A stretch of 64,000 nucleotides of DNA, from assembly GCA_950097015.1 (NCBI GenBank), contig CATNEN010000039.1, positions 17,608,001 to 17,672,000 of the forward strand. Direction: 5' to 3'. Below, piece by piece: positions 38,836-51,759 of the stretch. Each line of letters begins with the position of its first letter. Within the stretch, counting starts at the first letter, position 1. Both the position numbers and the translations under genes were made by a program. The notes beneath the pieces were generated by a model that was given only the letters and a program-made list of their open reading frames with translations, had not been told where the DNA came from and made no database searches. This DNA comes from Macrostomum hystrix. Taxonomy: Eukaryota > Animalia > Platyhelminthes.

Positions 38836-39289
38836 AGTAGGGAGGTTTTATTATCAGCCCCAGACTGGTCTAGGCCGGATGGCTGTCAACAACCAACCCC
38901 CATGGGGTAGACGTGTCAGTCTAAAAATATGATAGTGCGCGCAGGCCTTTCAAGCCTTAATGTTCCTTTTCACCTTGTAAATTAGTACTGCTCCGTTTTT
39001 CATTTTGCTGCGCCAGCACAGCAGTTAGGAGTTATTTTACTCTATTATTGAGTAGAGCTGTACCACAGCCTAGATCAAAGACAGTAAATTCATCATGATC
39101 CTTGCATTTTTTTTATTTCTTTTGGCTTACTAAAAAGCATGTTATATTTATATTGTCTTAACTTAAGAACGATTGTGACAGCTGCGGGTGAATGCGCGGC
39201 AATTATAGAAGCAAATATATGAATATAAAAAATTTTGCTATAAAAAACTTTAGAATTTGATTATATAAAACGTCCATTTAACAGAAGTG

Positions 39290-39382
39290 CCGTAAAACTA
39301 CCGTAAAACTTAAAAACTTAAAAACTTAAAACTTACCGTAAAACCGTAAAACTAAAACTACCGTAAATCCTACCGTAAAACT
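39290..39382. repeat. Short degenerate tandem repeat (CCGTAAAACTA / AAAACTT)
   Basis: Repeated ccgtaaaact and aaaactt units are visible. Confidence 0.7.
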
Positions 39383-39635
39383 TTCGAACCAACTTAAACA
39401 AAAGCGAGCGAAATTAGAGACGGATGGAAACAGAAAATTTATGAGTAATTATCAAATATGGTTTATTTTAGAAATAAATGAAACATATAACAATACCAGC
39501 AAAATAGGTATCGTGTAATATACAATCCAATAGATGTGGAACTTAACGTTAGTTTCTTATAATAGATCCAACTGTTGGCTAGATTTTTAACTTTAAAAAA
39601 TGCGTTACCATTAAACGTGCTTTATAATTAGAGAG

Positions 39636-40015
39636 CTGTTTTCCAAAAACATATCAAATATAACATACAAAAGTTTCGCATATTTATCCTGCGATAACAT
39701 GTTACCGTGTTACAGAATTCGAGCTTCTATGAAAGTAAATCGTGAAAGCAAACGTATAAATTGTAACTAGCTTAATTGTTACTACATGTCAGTGTTACTT
39801 TGCAGGTCCTGTGATGTATGTCTAATTGTTATAGTTTTGCATTTCTATAGTATTTGGACTTATATTTCAAGCCGCTGAAAGTATTCATTAATATAAAATG
39901 ACATAATTAATAACTTATAATGAATTATAATGTAACTGTAACACGGTAACATGTTATCGCACGATAAATATGCGAAACTTTTGCCTGTTATATTCGGGAT
40001 GTTTTTGGAAAACAG
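39636..40015. mobile_element. MITE-like element with ~80-bp terminal inverted repeats
   Basis: 39636-39715 (CTGTTTTCCAAAAAC...GTTACCGTGTTACAG) is the near-perfect reverse complement of 39936-40015, with an AT-rich 220-bp spacer. No clear TSD. Confidence 0.75.
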
Positions 40016-40576
40016 AGGTGATTATTATGTAGTTAAAACAAAACTTTTAACTTTTAAATTTTAAACTCTGGTCTGAAACAAAATATGACACAAATACTCG
40101 TACTTATATAAAGCGTAGCAATCATGCATCATTTTTCACTGCAGCAATAAATAACTTTGTACATCAATAAAAAGAAGGCAGGTGCTGTCTTGGATATTCA
40201 ATTTATATAAAAATATTGACATTTTAAATTATATCACATTGACTATTAGAATAACGTCTATAGATAAGACTAAAAATATTGCTTGATAATATGAATTTAA
40301 TAAAATATTACAAGAATGAAAGAAAGAAAGAAATCGTGCACGTTTTTTAAGTCTGCGATGTGAAAATTGTCACGAACGATTCTCAAATTTACGATTGAAG
40401 ATCGTGCTATGAAATTATAAATATAAAACTAAAAGAAAGTCTCGACGATGAAACGAGAAGCGAATAGACTGTAAACATCAGAAAAATATTTTCCAATCAT
40501 TCAGGCTAAAATGAAATAGAAACCGCGTTCCATGATCGTATGAAGATTAAAATAGAAGCATTGAAAGAGAGACTTG

Positions 40577-43500
40577 TCAAGGCGAAGGCGACGGTTTTGG
40601 GCGAAGTGGAACCCAGGCGCTCACCGAGTCCGAGATGCCGCTACTGGCGATGCCGGCCGCAGCGCCGCCGGCCCCGCCGCCACCGCAAGCTGCAACGCCG
40701 CCACCAACGACGCTGCCGACGCCGCCGACAACGCCGCAGCTGCCGCCGCCGACGCCACAAGCGGCCAGCAGCTGACGCCACAGTTCGGCTTCCTCTGGCC
40801 CGCTGGACAATTTGCCTACCGAGGCCTGACCGATCAGCGACTCCTTGAAGCGCGGCTGGCTGAACACTCGCAGGCCGATGGTCAGCTGGTCCAGGCTCGA
40901 TGCCTCGGCCACGTCCAGGTGAAACGTGTCCCGGAGTTCTCCAGTCAGGGAGTTTCGCTTGCCTGTCTTCTTCGTCTTCACCACTTTGCGACCGTCGTGG
41001 AAGCTGACCTTGATGAGCGGCTCTGCGTGACGGGATAGGAAAACAACTTGCATACAGTGTCTGGTCAGCTCTAGTCACAACGGATTCTAGAATAAAAGTG
41101 CTTAACCGGCATGCGGTCCGAGGGCAGCTCATTGCACCTGCTCACTTTGAAAAACTGTGGAAGCAGAGGCAATCGCTAATTGCTAGTGAAAACAGGGCAT
41201 CGATTTTTAAATCCAATGCTTTTAGCTATATGGAACAGTAATCATTGAGAATCTGCGAATTCAAGTGTCTGATTTCATTGGAGAATCCATGCATTTGATT
41301 GATTTTCATAATCAATAGTTCAGGGTGCATATAGGTGTAAATGCCTATGAATCATTTGGCTGTTTGTCTTCTACAGGCTAGAGACTGTTCTACGACCGAT
41401 TCTGTACCAAAGTTAATGAATTTCGTGTCCCTAAAAATGGGATTCTCTGTCTAACAATGGGATTCTCTGTCTATCAACAGGATTCTCTGTCTAACAATGG
41501 GATTCTCTGTCTAACAATGGGATTCTCTGTCTAACAATGGGATTCTCTGTCTAACAATGAGATTCTCTGTCTTACCCAGCTTCTTGGTGACGTCACACTG
41601 CAGAAGGTTGCGGACGCGCACTATGTCCACGCTGAGCCGTCTGGCATTCCGCAGGTAGTGCAGCGACACCAGCACGTCGCCAATGTCGTCCTTTTCCTGT
41701 ACGGTCGTCAGGTTGGTTAAAAAAAGTGTTCGCCAGGAAAATTTTGAAGAAATCTTCCATTCTCTCAGTTGTGGGAACATGCTCCCTAAGGGGATCACGT
41801 CGGGACAGAATGCTCAAGATGCTAGTAAAAAACTGTTTTTTTGTTTTCGAGTCCATTACGTCCAAACTAATTACCGATTGCTGCTCTCAGAAAAATAGCC
41901 TAGAATATATTTAATGCACTTTTAATGCATTCGGGTTTTTCATGCGAATGCTTACAAAATCTTCTGTACCGCAGACATTAACTATATTTATATCCGCCCA
42001 ACCCCAACCATTCCATTAGGGCAATGGTCACGCAACTTTAAACAAAAGGTGCTACGCACACGAGAGGGCACATTTTTTTGCCTTTTTTTCTTCATTTTCT
42101 GTCGATCCATTCTGAAAATTTTCCTCCATAAAGTTTGGTGGGAAGCACCAAAAATAAAGGCTTATTTTTTTCTGCTCACAAAATTCCACAATGTCGGCTA
42201 TTTTGGATTGATCAAAAACTTATTATTTCCATTTTCGATTTTTACTATCGTCATAGTTACTTATAATATTCGCTATACGAGCTGTGATAGAAAATAAGAG
42301 AAAAGGTTTGTCGAGCGATCTTTGCCATTGATGGCTAATGAGAGTGTACACTGCCTGACAATTAGAAATTCAGGGAGATGTACACACACCTGTGTGAGTG
42401 TGTGCTCAGGAGTCAGCGGAATGAGCCGAATTGCCTCCTCGCTGGCTGAGGGTCTAGTGCCACCAAATGATGTGCCATTGTTCCACAGCATCCGGCAATT
42501 GTAGGAAGACCTGATAGAAAAAAATATGGAAATAATGACAAACTTTTCCCTAAAGACTTATCCCTTAGTCTATTCTGTTCTGATCGAGTAGCAACGACGG
42601 AAGCTGGTTGTACAAGAATGTAGAAAATGAGCATCTTGTTCTCAGCAAACAATGCCTCTCAAGGTCCACGAGATTCGGCATCCTGAGCATCCTGAGCCCG
42701 TTGCAATAAGTGAGGAGGTGAGGGGGCAGTGACACACAGGTGTAAATTGGTGGGGAAGCCTTACCGAGTCGCAGGGAAACACCGGCACGCTGACAGTCTC
42801 GCCAGCTTGCACATTGACGCCAGCCAGCTCTACGCGGGCCACACCGATTCGTCGACTGCCGCGCCGGTCGTGGCTGCGCAGTTCGACCTCCAGCTCCGCC
42901 GACTGGCAGGCGCGGAAGTCGGCCACGTCGAAGCTCAACTGCTCGTTCCAGATTGGACAAGCGGTGCGCTTCTGCACCGAGGTCAGGCGCTGCTGCTGCT
43001 TGCGCGGCTGCAGCTGAACACGGGCGAAGGGGCTCGGCAGCTGCTGGACGGCTGACGCCAAGCTGCTGTCTCCGGACGGCATCCGGAGATCCTTGGCGTG
43101 CCGCAGCGTCACTAGCAGGTTGGCCCGATCGAAATCGTAGCTCAGTCGGATGTTCACAACTCCGCATTGCTGCTGCTGCTGATGCTTTTGTTGCTCCATA
43201 TCGCTTGACGGTGGAAGCGGTGAAGCCGCTGACGATGGCGAAGGCTGCGGAGGTTGCTGGTACAGGTCGAACTTGAAGTGCTCCAGCGTCACTTCGGCCT
43301 CGAACGCGCGCGGGCTTCGGCCACTTCCGGCCGCTCGCGACGGTGACGGCAGCTTGAATTCCAACGGCGAAGTCGACGCGGAGGAGGCAGCCACCACGGC
43401 AACCGTCGTTGTTGAAGCCGTTGACATGGCAGCTCCGCTGGCACCGCTGCCGCTGCCGTCAGTGATGGCTCGGCGTCCTTCGCGCATGCTGCGAGCTCGC

Positions 43501-43677
43501 TGAAGTCCGCCGCCGGCACCGTCACCGACACCGAGACGCTGCCAGCCTGCGTCGTCGGCTGGCGCCGTGGCAACAACGCTGCCCGCCGCAGCCGCCGCGC
43601 CAGAAGAGGAAGAGTGCAGCCGGCCGCGGAAGGACAGCGCATGACGCAGCGGCTCGAGCTGGTTCTGAAACTGGTAC

Positions 43678-43708
<31 letters not shown>

Positions 43709-43829
43709 TCTGCTGGGCTTCTATGGCCCCAGGCGACGGAGCTGGCGATTCCTCATCGCTGCCAACGGAAGACTCTCTAGACGACAGAGCGCTGGGGGTC
43801 ACGATCTCCAACAGTCTGCTGCCTAGCAT
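40577..43829 (-). CDS. SYT17: Synaptotagmin-17-like tandem C2 protein; coding exons 43829-42765, 41696-41576, 41022-40577 (543 aa from the Met at 43829; may extend further 5')
   Basis: C2A reads GVVNIRLSYDF...CPIWNEQLSFDV. C2B reads IGDVLVSLHYL..RLSVDIVRVRNLLQCDV..VVKTKKT..GKLSSGPEEAELWRQLL, matching SYT17 RLNVDVIRAKQLLQTDV, LVKTKKT and GQYSSGPSETNHWRRML. The GT-AG introns have compatible phases (0 and 1). No transmembrane helix is present in the visible exons. Confidence 0.85.
41431..41575. repeat. Intronic 20-bp minisatellite (GATTCTCTGTCTAACAATGG, ~7 copies)
   Basis: Direct tandem repeat that includes the splice donor at 41575. Confidence 0.95.
42340..42500 (+). mobile_element. Second, diverged copy of the SINE body, in a SYT17-like intron
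   Basis: AGTGTACACTGCCTG..ATTAGAAA.TCAGGG and CCTCCTCGCTGGCTG..TAGTG.CACCAAATGATG match the reverse complement of 685-785, with about 55 extra internal nt. Confidence 0.65.
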
Positions 43830-44757
43830 AGCTGCTCCTGCTGTGATGTTGCTGCTGCTGCTGCTGCTGCTGCGATGCTGAATGCGCTTGCTTACCTGGG
43901 GCCTGGACTGGGTTGCGGAGAAATCAAGAGAAAGAATATATAGATGCAGAATACAGAAGTAGGCGGCAGCCTCTTCCCTCCCTCCCTAGCCTGGGCCAGA
44001 GCCAATGACCGATCTTGAGCTGCTCAAAAGTATTCTTTCAGCTATAGGCAAAGACTTAGAGAAAACACCTGGGCGATTTGGGGGGGCACTGGCCATACCG
44101 GCCGGCAACAATTGAGGGGTCTGTTGTATCCTTGTGACAATCCAGCCTCCCTTCTTCCTCATCTCGTATGCGGAGCAATTGCTTTCAAAAAGATCCCCCC
44201 ACGGAGTCCTATAGTTTAGAGTCGCGCATGCCTGCAGGTGCTTTGAGCCGACCCCGCATCCCCTTTATCCCCTTCTCTCTCCCCTCGCGTCTGAGTTATC
44301 TGTACATTTCGGTTCCCCATCTTTATCCTAATTCCCTATTTCTAACTCTCTATCTGTGCAGGTGTTCCCTCTTATTTTCTGTTTTCCACTGCATTCGCTG
44401 GGAATACATCGCTTGGCGGGCTGTTGTGCATGCATCGAGACACCTCTTAGTCGACACTGTCAGTCAAGCGGGCCACTTCACTTCATCCTCTGTGTTACTT
44501 TCCCCCCTCATAGAGTCTCATGCCCCGGTTCAGCCCAATGGGGTGGCTGCACTTCCCTTTCACAGCAAGAAACCGGCAGCTGTCAAACACTTCGTGGCAT
44601 AGAAAATTATGTTCTAATCAAATCGAACTCGAGGCAGGCCTAGCAGTACAACAATGTTAATCGAACTACTCTTTCCAACTTCCTTTGTGAACCTGAATTA
44701 AATGAACTTTTAACTCCTAGATCGACAATCTGGCCTAGTCCCCGGGCCAATTCATAC

Positions 44758-45210
44758 CCTCTCCCCTGTCTCACCTCTCCCCTGTCTCATCTCTCCCCTG
44801 TCTTATCTCTCCCCTGTCTCACCTCTCCCTGTCTCATCTCTCCCTGTCTCATCTCTCCCTGTCTCACCTCTCCCCTGTCTTATCTCTCCCCTGTCTCATC
44901 TCTCCCCTGTCTTATCTCTCCCCTGTCTCACCTCTCCCTGTCTCATCTCTCCCTGTCTCATCTCTCCCTGTCTCACCTCTCCCCTGTCTTATCTCTCCCC
45001 TGTCTCACCTCTCCCGTGTCTCACCTCTCCCCTGTCTCATCTCTCCCTGTCTCACCTCCCCTGTCTCATCTCTCCCGTGCCTCATATCTTCTCTGTCTCA
45101 TCATCTCTCCCCAGTCTTATGTCTTCCCTGTCTCGTTCCCCCGAGTCTAGTCTCACCCCTGTCGTATCTCTCCTCGTCCGAGCCCTGTGTCATCTTTTAG
45201 ATTGTCTCAT
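44758..45210. repeat. 15/16-bp polypyrimidine minisatellite (TCTCTCCCCTGTCTCA)
   Basis: Visible tandem units that decay to the right. The same family occurs inverted at 63314-63695. Confidence 0.95.
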
Positions 45211-46218
45211 TGTCTCATTGCATGGTACACAAGATTGTCGAGCAATGTTCCACTGATTTCCAGGCCTCATTCCTAGAAATAATGGGACGTTACTTGTATC
45301 AAGTATTGAGCTGCCTGGATTTTTCAAAAAAAATCCTGGGGATATTTAAAAAATCTAAAAATAAAGCAGTCGGAGCTATAACTGCTAGTGTGACAGACTA
45401 TCCCAGTGCTAATCTTTTAAAATGAGGTTCTCATTTCCTACATTAACTGCGAAGCCCAATCTCGGTGAGTTTATTATCCGGGAACTAGCTGTGACTAGCT
45501 GGCTAGGTAGTCGAGTTTCAACAAAAAGACCTCGTTGTTCCAGCAAGAATGCTCCACTGAGCACAGTACTTAATCCCATCGCAGCCGTGGCCCTAATCCC
45601 TTCCCATCTTAACTCTCTACTCACGGCTTTCGCTCTCGCTCTTACTCGGACAAGAGTGATATATTATCATACATTTCTTTTCCAGGCTTATTACAATTAT
45701 TTCTATACATATCGGCTTTGTCATATCCAACTAGAATTGAAACTAGTCAGACACAATAGTTGTAGTACTATATTTTATCCGGGAATCTTGGAGTGGAATC
45801 TATTTCAAGTAGTCATTGTTAGCATGAAAGCCAAATAAAAAAATGGTGCTTTAGTATTGAGAATCTGAATTCTTGAGACAGAAAATTTTCGCATCGAACT
45901 CAACAATCAGCGGCTAGAGGGCTTTTGTCACGATTCGCTGAAGACCAGTCAGTGCCTTTTTGAATTAATTCTTTGGCCACAGACTCTTCAAAATGCTTCG
46001 TGTGGCGAGAGTAAGGGGTGAAAATCTGTTGCTCATGTCTCCCAGTCACACCTCTGGTGTCGGCCTCATCAAATTTTCATCCCCAATACGCAGCTTTTCT
46101 TCTCCGGCTTTGGAAAAAAACCATCAGTTCACTGCTTCTAGCCAGATGTTCCACACTCATCGCTTCAATAAATTATTCACTCCAGCATTCAGCTTCACAG
46201 CAACTTCATCTGAGTATT

Positions 46219-48917
46219 TCTGCCATTCTATCTATCCTATCAGCCATTCTATCTATCTTATCTGCCATTTTATCTATCTTATCTGCCATTCTATCTATCT
46301 TGTCTGCCATTCTATCTATCTTGTCTGCCATTTTATCTATCTTATCTGCCATTTTATCTATCCTATCAGCCATTCTATCTATCTTATCTGCCATTTTATC
46401 TATCTTATCTGCCATTTTATCTATCTTATCTGCCATTTTATCTATCCTATCAGCCATTCTATCCATCCTATCTGCCATTCTATCTATCTTGACTGCCATT
46501 TTATCTATCTTATCTGCCATTTTATCTATCCTATCAGCCATTCTATCTATCTTGTCTGCCAATTTATCTATCTTATCTGCCATTTTATCTATCTTATCTG
46601 CCATTTTATCTATCCTATCAGCCATTCTATCCATCCTATCTGCCATTCTATATATCTTGTCTGCCATTTTATCTATCTTATCTGCCATTTTATCTATATT
46701 TTCTGCCATTTTATCTATCCTATCAGCCATTCTATCCATCCTATCTGCCATTCTATCTATCCTGTCTGCCATTCTATCCATCCTGTCTGCTATTTTATCT
46801 ATCCTATCAGCCATTCTATCTATTCTATCAGTCATTCTATCTATCCTGTCTGCCATTCTATCTAACCCATCAACTATTATATCTGCCATTTTATCTATCC
46901 TATCTGCCAGTCTATCCATCCTATCTGCCATTCTATCCATCCTATCTGCCAGTCTATCCATCCTATCTGCCAGTCTATCCATCCTATCTGCCAGTCTATC
47001 CATCCTATCTGCCATTCTATCCATCCTATCTGCCAGTCTATCCATCCTATCTGCCATTCTATCCATCCTATCTGCCAGTCTATCCATCCTATGTGCCAGT
47101 CTATCTATCCTATCAGCCATTCTATCTCCTATCTGCCATTCTATCCATCCTATGTGCCAGTCTATCCATCCTATCTGCCAGTCTATCCATCCTATCTGCC
47201 AGTCTATCCATCCTATCTGCCAGTCTATCCATCCTATGTGCCAGTCTATCCATCCTATCAGTCATTCTATCTCCTATCTGCCAGTCTATCTATCCTATCT
47301 GCCAGTCTATCTATCCTATCTGCCAGTCTATCTATCCTATCAGTCATTCTATCTCCTATCTGCCAGTCTATCCATCCTATGTGCCAGTCTATCCATCCTA
47401 TCTGCCAGTCTATCCATCCTATCTGCCATTCTATCCATCCTATCTGCCAGTCTATCCATCCTATGTGCCAGTCTATCTATCCTATCTGCCAGTCTATCCA
47501 TCCTATCTGCCATTCTATCCATCCTATCTGCCAGTCTATCCATCCTATGTGCCAGTCTATCCATCCTATCTGCCAGTCTATCCATCCTATCAGTCATTCT
47601 ATCTCCTATCTGCCAGTCTATCTATCCTATCTGCCAGTCTATCTATCCTATCAGCCAGTCTATCCATCCTATCTGCCATTCTATCTATCCTATCAGTCAT
47701 TCTATCTCCTATCTGCCAGTCTATCTATCCTATCTGCCAGTCTATCTATCCTATCTGCCAGTCTATCTATCCTATCAGCCAGTCTATCTATCCTATCAGC
47801 CAGTCTATCAATCCTATCTGCCATTCTATCTATCCTATCAGTCATTCTATCTCCTATCTGCCAGTCTATCTATCCTTTCTGCCATTCTATCCATCCTATC
47901 TGCCAGTCTATCTATCCTATCTGCCATTCTATCTATCCTATCTGCCAGTCTATCTATCCTATCTGCCAGTCTATCTATCCTATCTGCCAGTCTATCTATC
48001 CTATCTGCCAGTCTATCTATCCTATCTGCCAGTCTATCTATCCTTTCTGCCATTCTATCCATCCTATCTGCCAGTCTATCTATCCTATCTGCCAGTCTAT
48101 CTATCCTATCTGCCAGTCTATCTATCCTATCTGCCAGTCTATCTATCCTATCTGCCAGTCTATCCATCCTATCTGCCAGTCTATCTATCCTATCTGCCAG
48201 TCTATCCATCCTATGTGCCAGTCTATCCATCCTATCTGCCAGTCTATCCATCCTATCAGTCATTCTATCTCCTATCTGCCAGTCTATCTATCCTATCTGC
48301 CAGTCTATCTATCCTATCAGCCAGTCTATCCATCCTATCTGCCATTCTATCTATCCTATCAGTCATTCTATCTCCTATCTGCCAGTCTATCTATCCTATC
48401 TGCCAGTCTATCTATCCTATCTGCCAGTCTATCTATCCTATCAGCCAGTCTATCTATCCTATCAGCCAGTCTATCAATCCTATCTGCCATTCTATCTATC
48501 CTATCAGTCATTCTATCTCCTATCTGCCAGTCTATCTATCCTTTCTGCCATTCTATCCATCCTATCTGCCAGTCTATCTATCCTATCTGCCATTCTATCT
48601 ATCCTATCTGCCAGTCTATCTATCCTATCTGCCAGTCTATCTATCCTATCTGCCAGTCTATCTATCCTATCTGCCAGTCTATCTATCCTATCTGCCAGTC
48701 TATCTATCCTTTCTGCCATTCTATCCATCCTATCTGCCAGTCTATCTATCCTATCTGCCAGTCTATCTATCCTATCTGCCAGTCTATCTATCCTATCTGC
48801 CAGTCTATCTATCCTATCTGCCAGTCTATCCATCCTATCTGCCAGTCTATCTATCCTATCTGCCAGTCTATCCATCCTATCTGCCAGTCTATCTATCCTA
48901 TCTGCCAGTCTATCTAT
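46219..48917. repeat. 21-bp minisatellite (TATCTGCCAGTCTATCTATCC and variants) with a 666-bp internal duplication
   Basis: Clear 21-bp period with occasional 17-bp units. Matching ORF ends occur at 47847 and 48513 (offset 666). Confidence 0.97.
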
Positions 48918-49353
48918 TATGATAAGAACGATAGCAGGAGGGCAGTGGCACATTATTTGGTGACACTAGACCCGTAACGTAAGCGAGAGCGCAATTCTGG
49001 TCATTTCGCGGACTCCAGAGCACACACGCACACAGACACTGTACACAGGCAACACGGAGCACGAAGGTGTGTGTACATTTGCCCTGTCTTCCTTATCTAT
49101 CCATCCACCTAATTTTCTCTAATATATCCTTCCTTTATCCCGTCTTTCCCTTCAATAGTAGGTTTCTCATTTCATTCCATTTCCTTAAATCCATGCGCAG
49201 CTTCTAAATTAAAGACTAGCAAGCAACACGGGAAATAAAATGCTAAATATGGTAAACTTGAAGTAGACAAAAGTTAAAAGAAATTGTGTCGCTAAAATGA
49301 GAGTTTCAGCGGATGAAATTAACAAATTTGAGAACCGAGTCAAGATAATGGCC

Positions 49354-49692
49354 ACTAGTATCAACAAACAGGATAGCAAATTTTAACTGACTGCATGACT
49401 AATTGGAGCACAGAATATATGTGTACTATTATCTATATTTTGTAAAAACATATATATCCCATCCCAAAACCCATCCTATTGCGGAAAACGAACCGCGGAC
49501 CGTCGCCAATGACAGCAAGTTTTAAAAGGGATTCCACTGCAGGCAACTTCCGGTCGAAGGCCAATTATCTTAATTAAGCCTTGATTAGGGCACAGGTGAA
49601 CAGTTTGAAAGAGACCTGAGTTACTATGGAAATTATAACAGTTCTAGTTCGTGTTCTCTGCACTTGTGTGGAGCATGCGATTGTGTAAAAAC
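49354..49692. repeat. ~340-bp unique segment duplicated at 52361 (direct repeat, offset 3007)
   Basis: ACTAGTATCAACAAACA...GAGACCTGAGTTACTA is nearly identical at 49354 and 52361. Each copy is followed by the 20-bp array. Confidence 0.95.
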
Positions 49693-51225
49693 AGGTACTA
49701 GAATCGAAGCTGGGTACTAGAATCGAAGCAGGGGTACTAGAATCGAAGCAGAAGTACCAGAATCGAAGCTAGGGTATTAGAATCGAATCAGGGGTACTAG
49801 AATCAAAGCTGGGGTACTAGAATCGAAGCAGAAGTACTAGAATCGAAGCAGAAGTACCAGAATCGAAGCTAGGGAATAAGAATCGAATCAGGGGTACTAG
49901 AATCAAAGCTGGGGTACTAGAATCGAAGCAGAAGTACTAGAATCGAAGCAGAAGTACCAGAATCAAAGCTGGGGTACTAGAATCGAATCAGGGGTACTAG
50001 AATCAAAGCTGGGGTACTAGAATCGAATCAGGGGTACTAGAATCAAAGCTGGGGTACTAGAATCGAAGCAGAAGTACTAGAATCGAAGCAAGGGTACTAG
50101 AATCGAATCAGGGGTACTAGAATCGAATCAGGGGTACTATAATCGAAGCAGAAGTACTAGAATCGAAGCAGAAGTACCAGAATCGAAGCTAGGGTATTAG
50201 AATCGAAGCAGAAGTACTAGAATCGAAGCAGGGGTACTAGAATCGAAGCAGGGGTACTAGAAGCGGAGCAGGGATACTGGAATTGAAGCAGAGGTACTGG
50301 AATCGAAGCTGGGGTATCAGAATCGAAGCAGAAGTACTAGAATCGAAGCAAGGGTACTAGAATCAAATCAGGGGTACTAGAATCGAAGCAGAAGTACCAG
50401 AATCGAAGCAGAAGTACTAAAATCGAAGCAGAAGTACTAGAATCGAAGCTGGGGTATTAGAATCGATGCAAAAGTACTAGAATCGAAGCTGGGGTACTAG
50501 AATCGAAGCTGGGGTATTAGAATCGATGCAGAAGTACTAGAATCGAAGCTGGGGTACTAGAAGCGGAGCAGAAGTACCAGAATCGAAGCAGAAGTACTAA
50601 AATCGAAGCAGAAGTACTAGAATCGAAGCTGGGGTATTAGAATCGATGCAAAAGTACTAGAATCGAAGCTGGGGTACTAGAATCGAAGCTGGGGTATTAG
50701 AATCGATGCAGAAGTACTAGAATCGAAGCTGGGGTACTAGAAGCGGAGCAGGGATACTGGAATTGAAGCAGGGGTACTGGAATCGAAGCTGGGGTACTAG
50801 AATCGAAGAAGGGGTATTAGAATCGAAGCAGAAGTACTAGAATTAAAGCTGGGGTATTAGAATCGAAGCAGGGGTACTAGAATCGAAGCAGGGGTACTAG
50901 AAGCGAAGCAGGGATACTGGAATTGAAGCAGGGGTACTAGAATCGAATCAGGGGTACTAGAATCGAAGCAGGGGTACTGGAATTGAAGCAGGGGTACTAG
51001 AATCGAATCAGGGGTACTAGAATCGAAGCAGGGGTACTAGAATCGAAGCAGGGGTACTGGAATAGAAGCAGGTACTAGAATAAAAGCAGGTTCTAGAATC
51101 GAAGCAGGGGTACTGAAATCGAAGCAGGGGTACTAGAATCGAAGGAGGGGTACTAGAATAGAAGCAGAAATACTAGAATCGAAGCAGGGGTACTAGAATC
51201 GAATCCGGGGTACTAGAATCGAAGC
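49692..51225. repeat. 20-bp minisatellite (GGGGTACTAGAATCGAAGCA), array 1
   Basis: Strict 20-bp period. Confidence 0.97.
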
Positions 51226-51759
51226 GTGATAACTTTAAATCCCTTTCAGGAACATGTTTTGTTCTTATTTTAAATTAAATTGTAATTTAACTGGGCTATT
51301 AAAAACTATTTTGCCGTTTCTCTGTTGCCAGAGTTTTATTAATTTTTGCAAGAAAAAATGTTTACGTCAAATCTGAAGTTTTCACGATTTGTCAGTTTTC
51401 AATGACAAAATTATTAACAAACTCATTTTTTAGATGTGATTTTTTCTGTTTTAAAATTATCCGTGTAAAAAATTGGTTGCGCAAATTGTGCACGACAGAC
51501 GTGACTTTGTCCGGTAATTACTTGTAAAAACTAAAATCACGGCATGAAATAAAACTATTTTTTTAATGAAAAAGTAGTTCAAGATTAATTAAAAATGACA
51601 GATGAAGAGGGTTTAACAATAGGGAAATTTGGAAAAGATTAGGATGCTAAAATGAGAGAGACTATAAACGATAAGATGGAGAGAAGAGAGAAATGAAATA
51701 GCCAACATATGTTCAAAATACCGAAGCTCTTCGTCCTAAGCGGACATCGTCAGGGTCGA

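Noticed and set aside
45993-48977. Plus-strand ORFs of 290-981 aa (ILSILSA, CQSIYPI, YLPVYLS)
   Set aside because: They are translations of the 21-bp satellite, open in all three frames and switching register.
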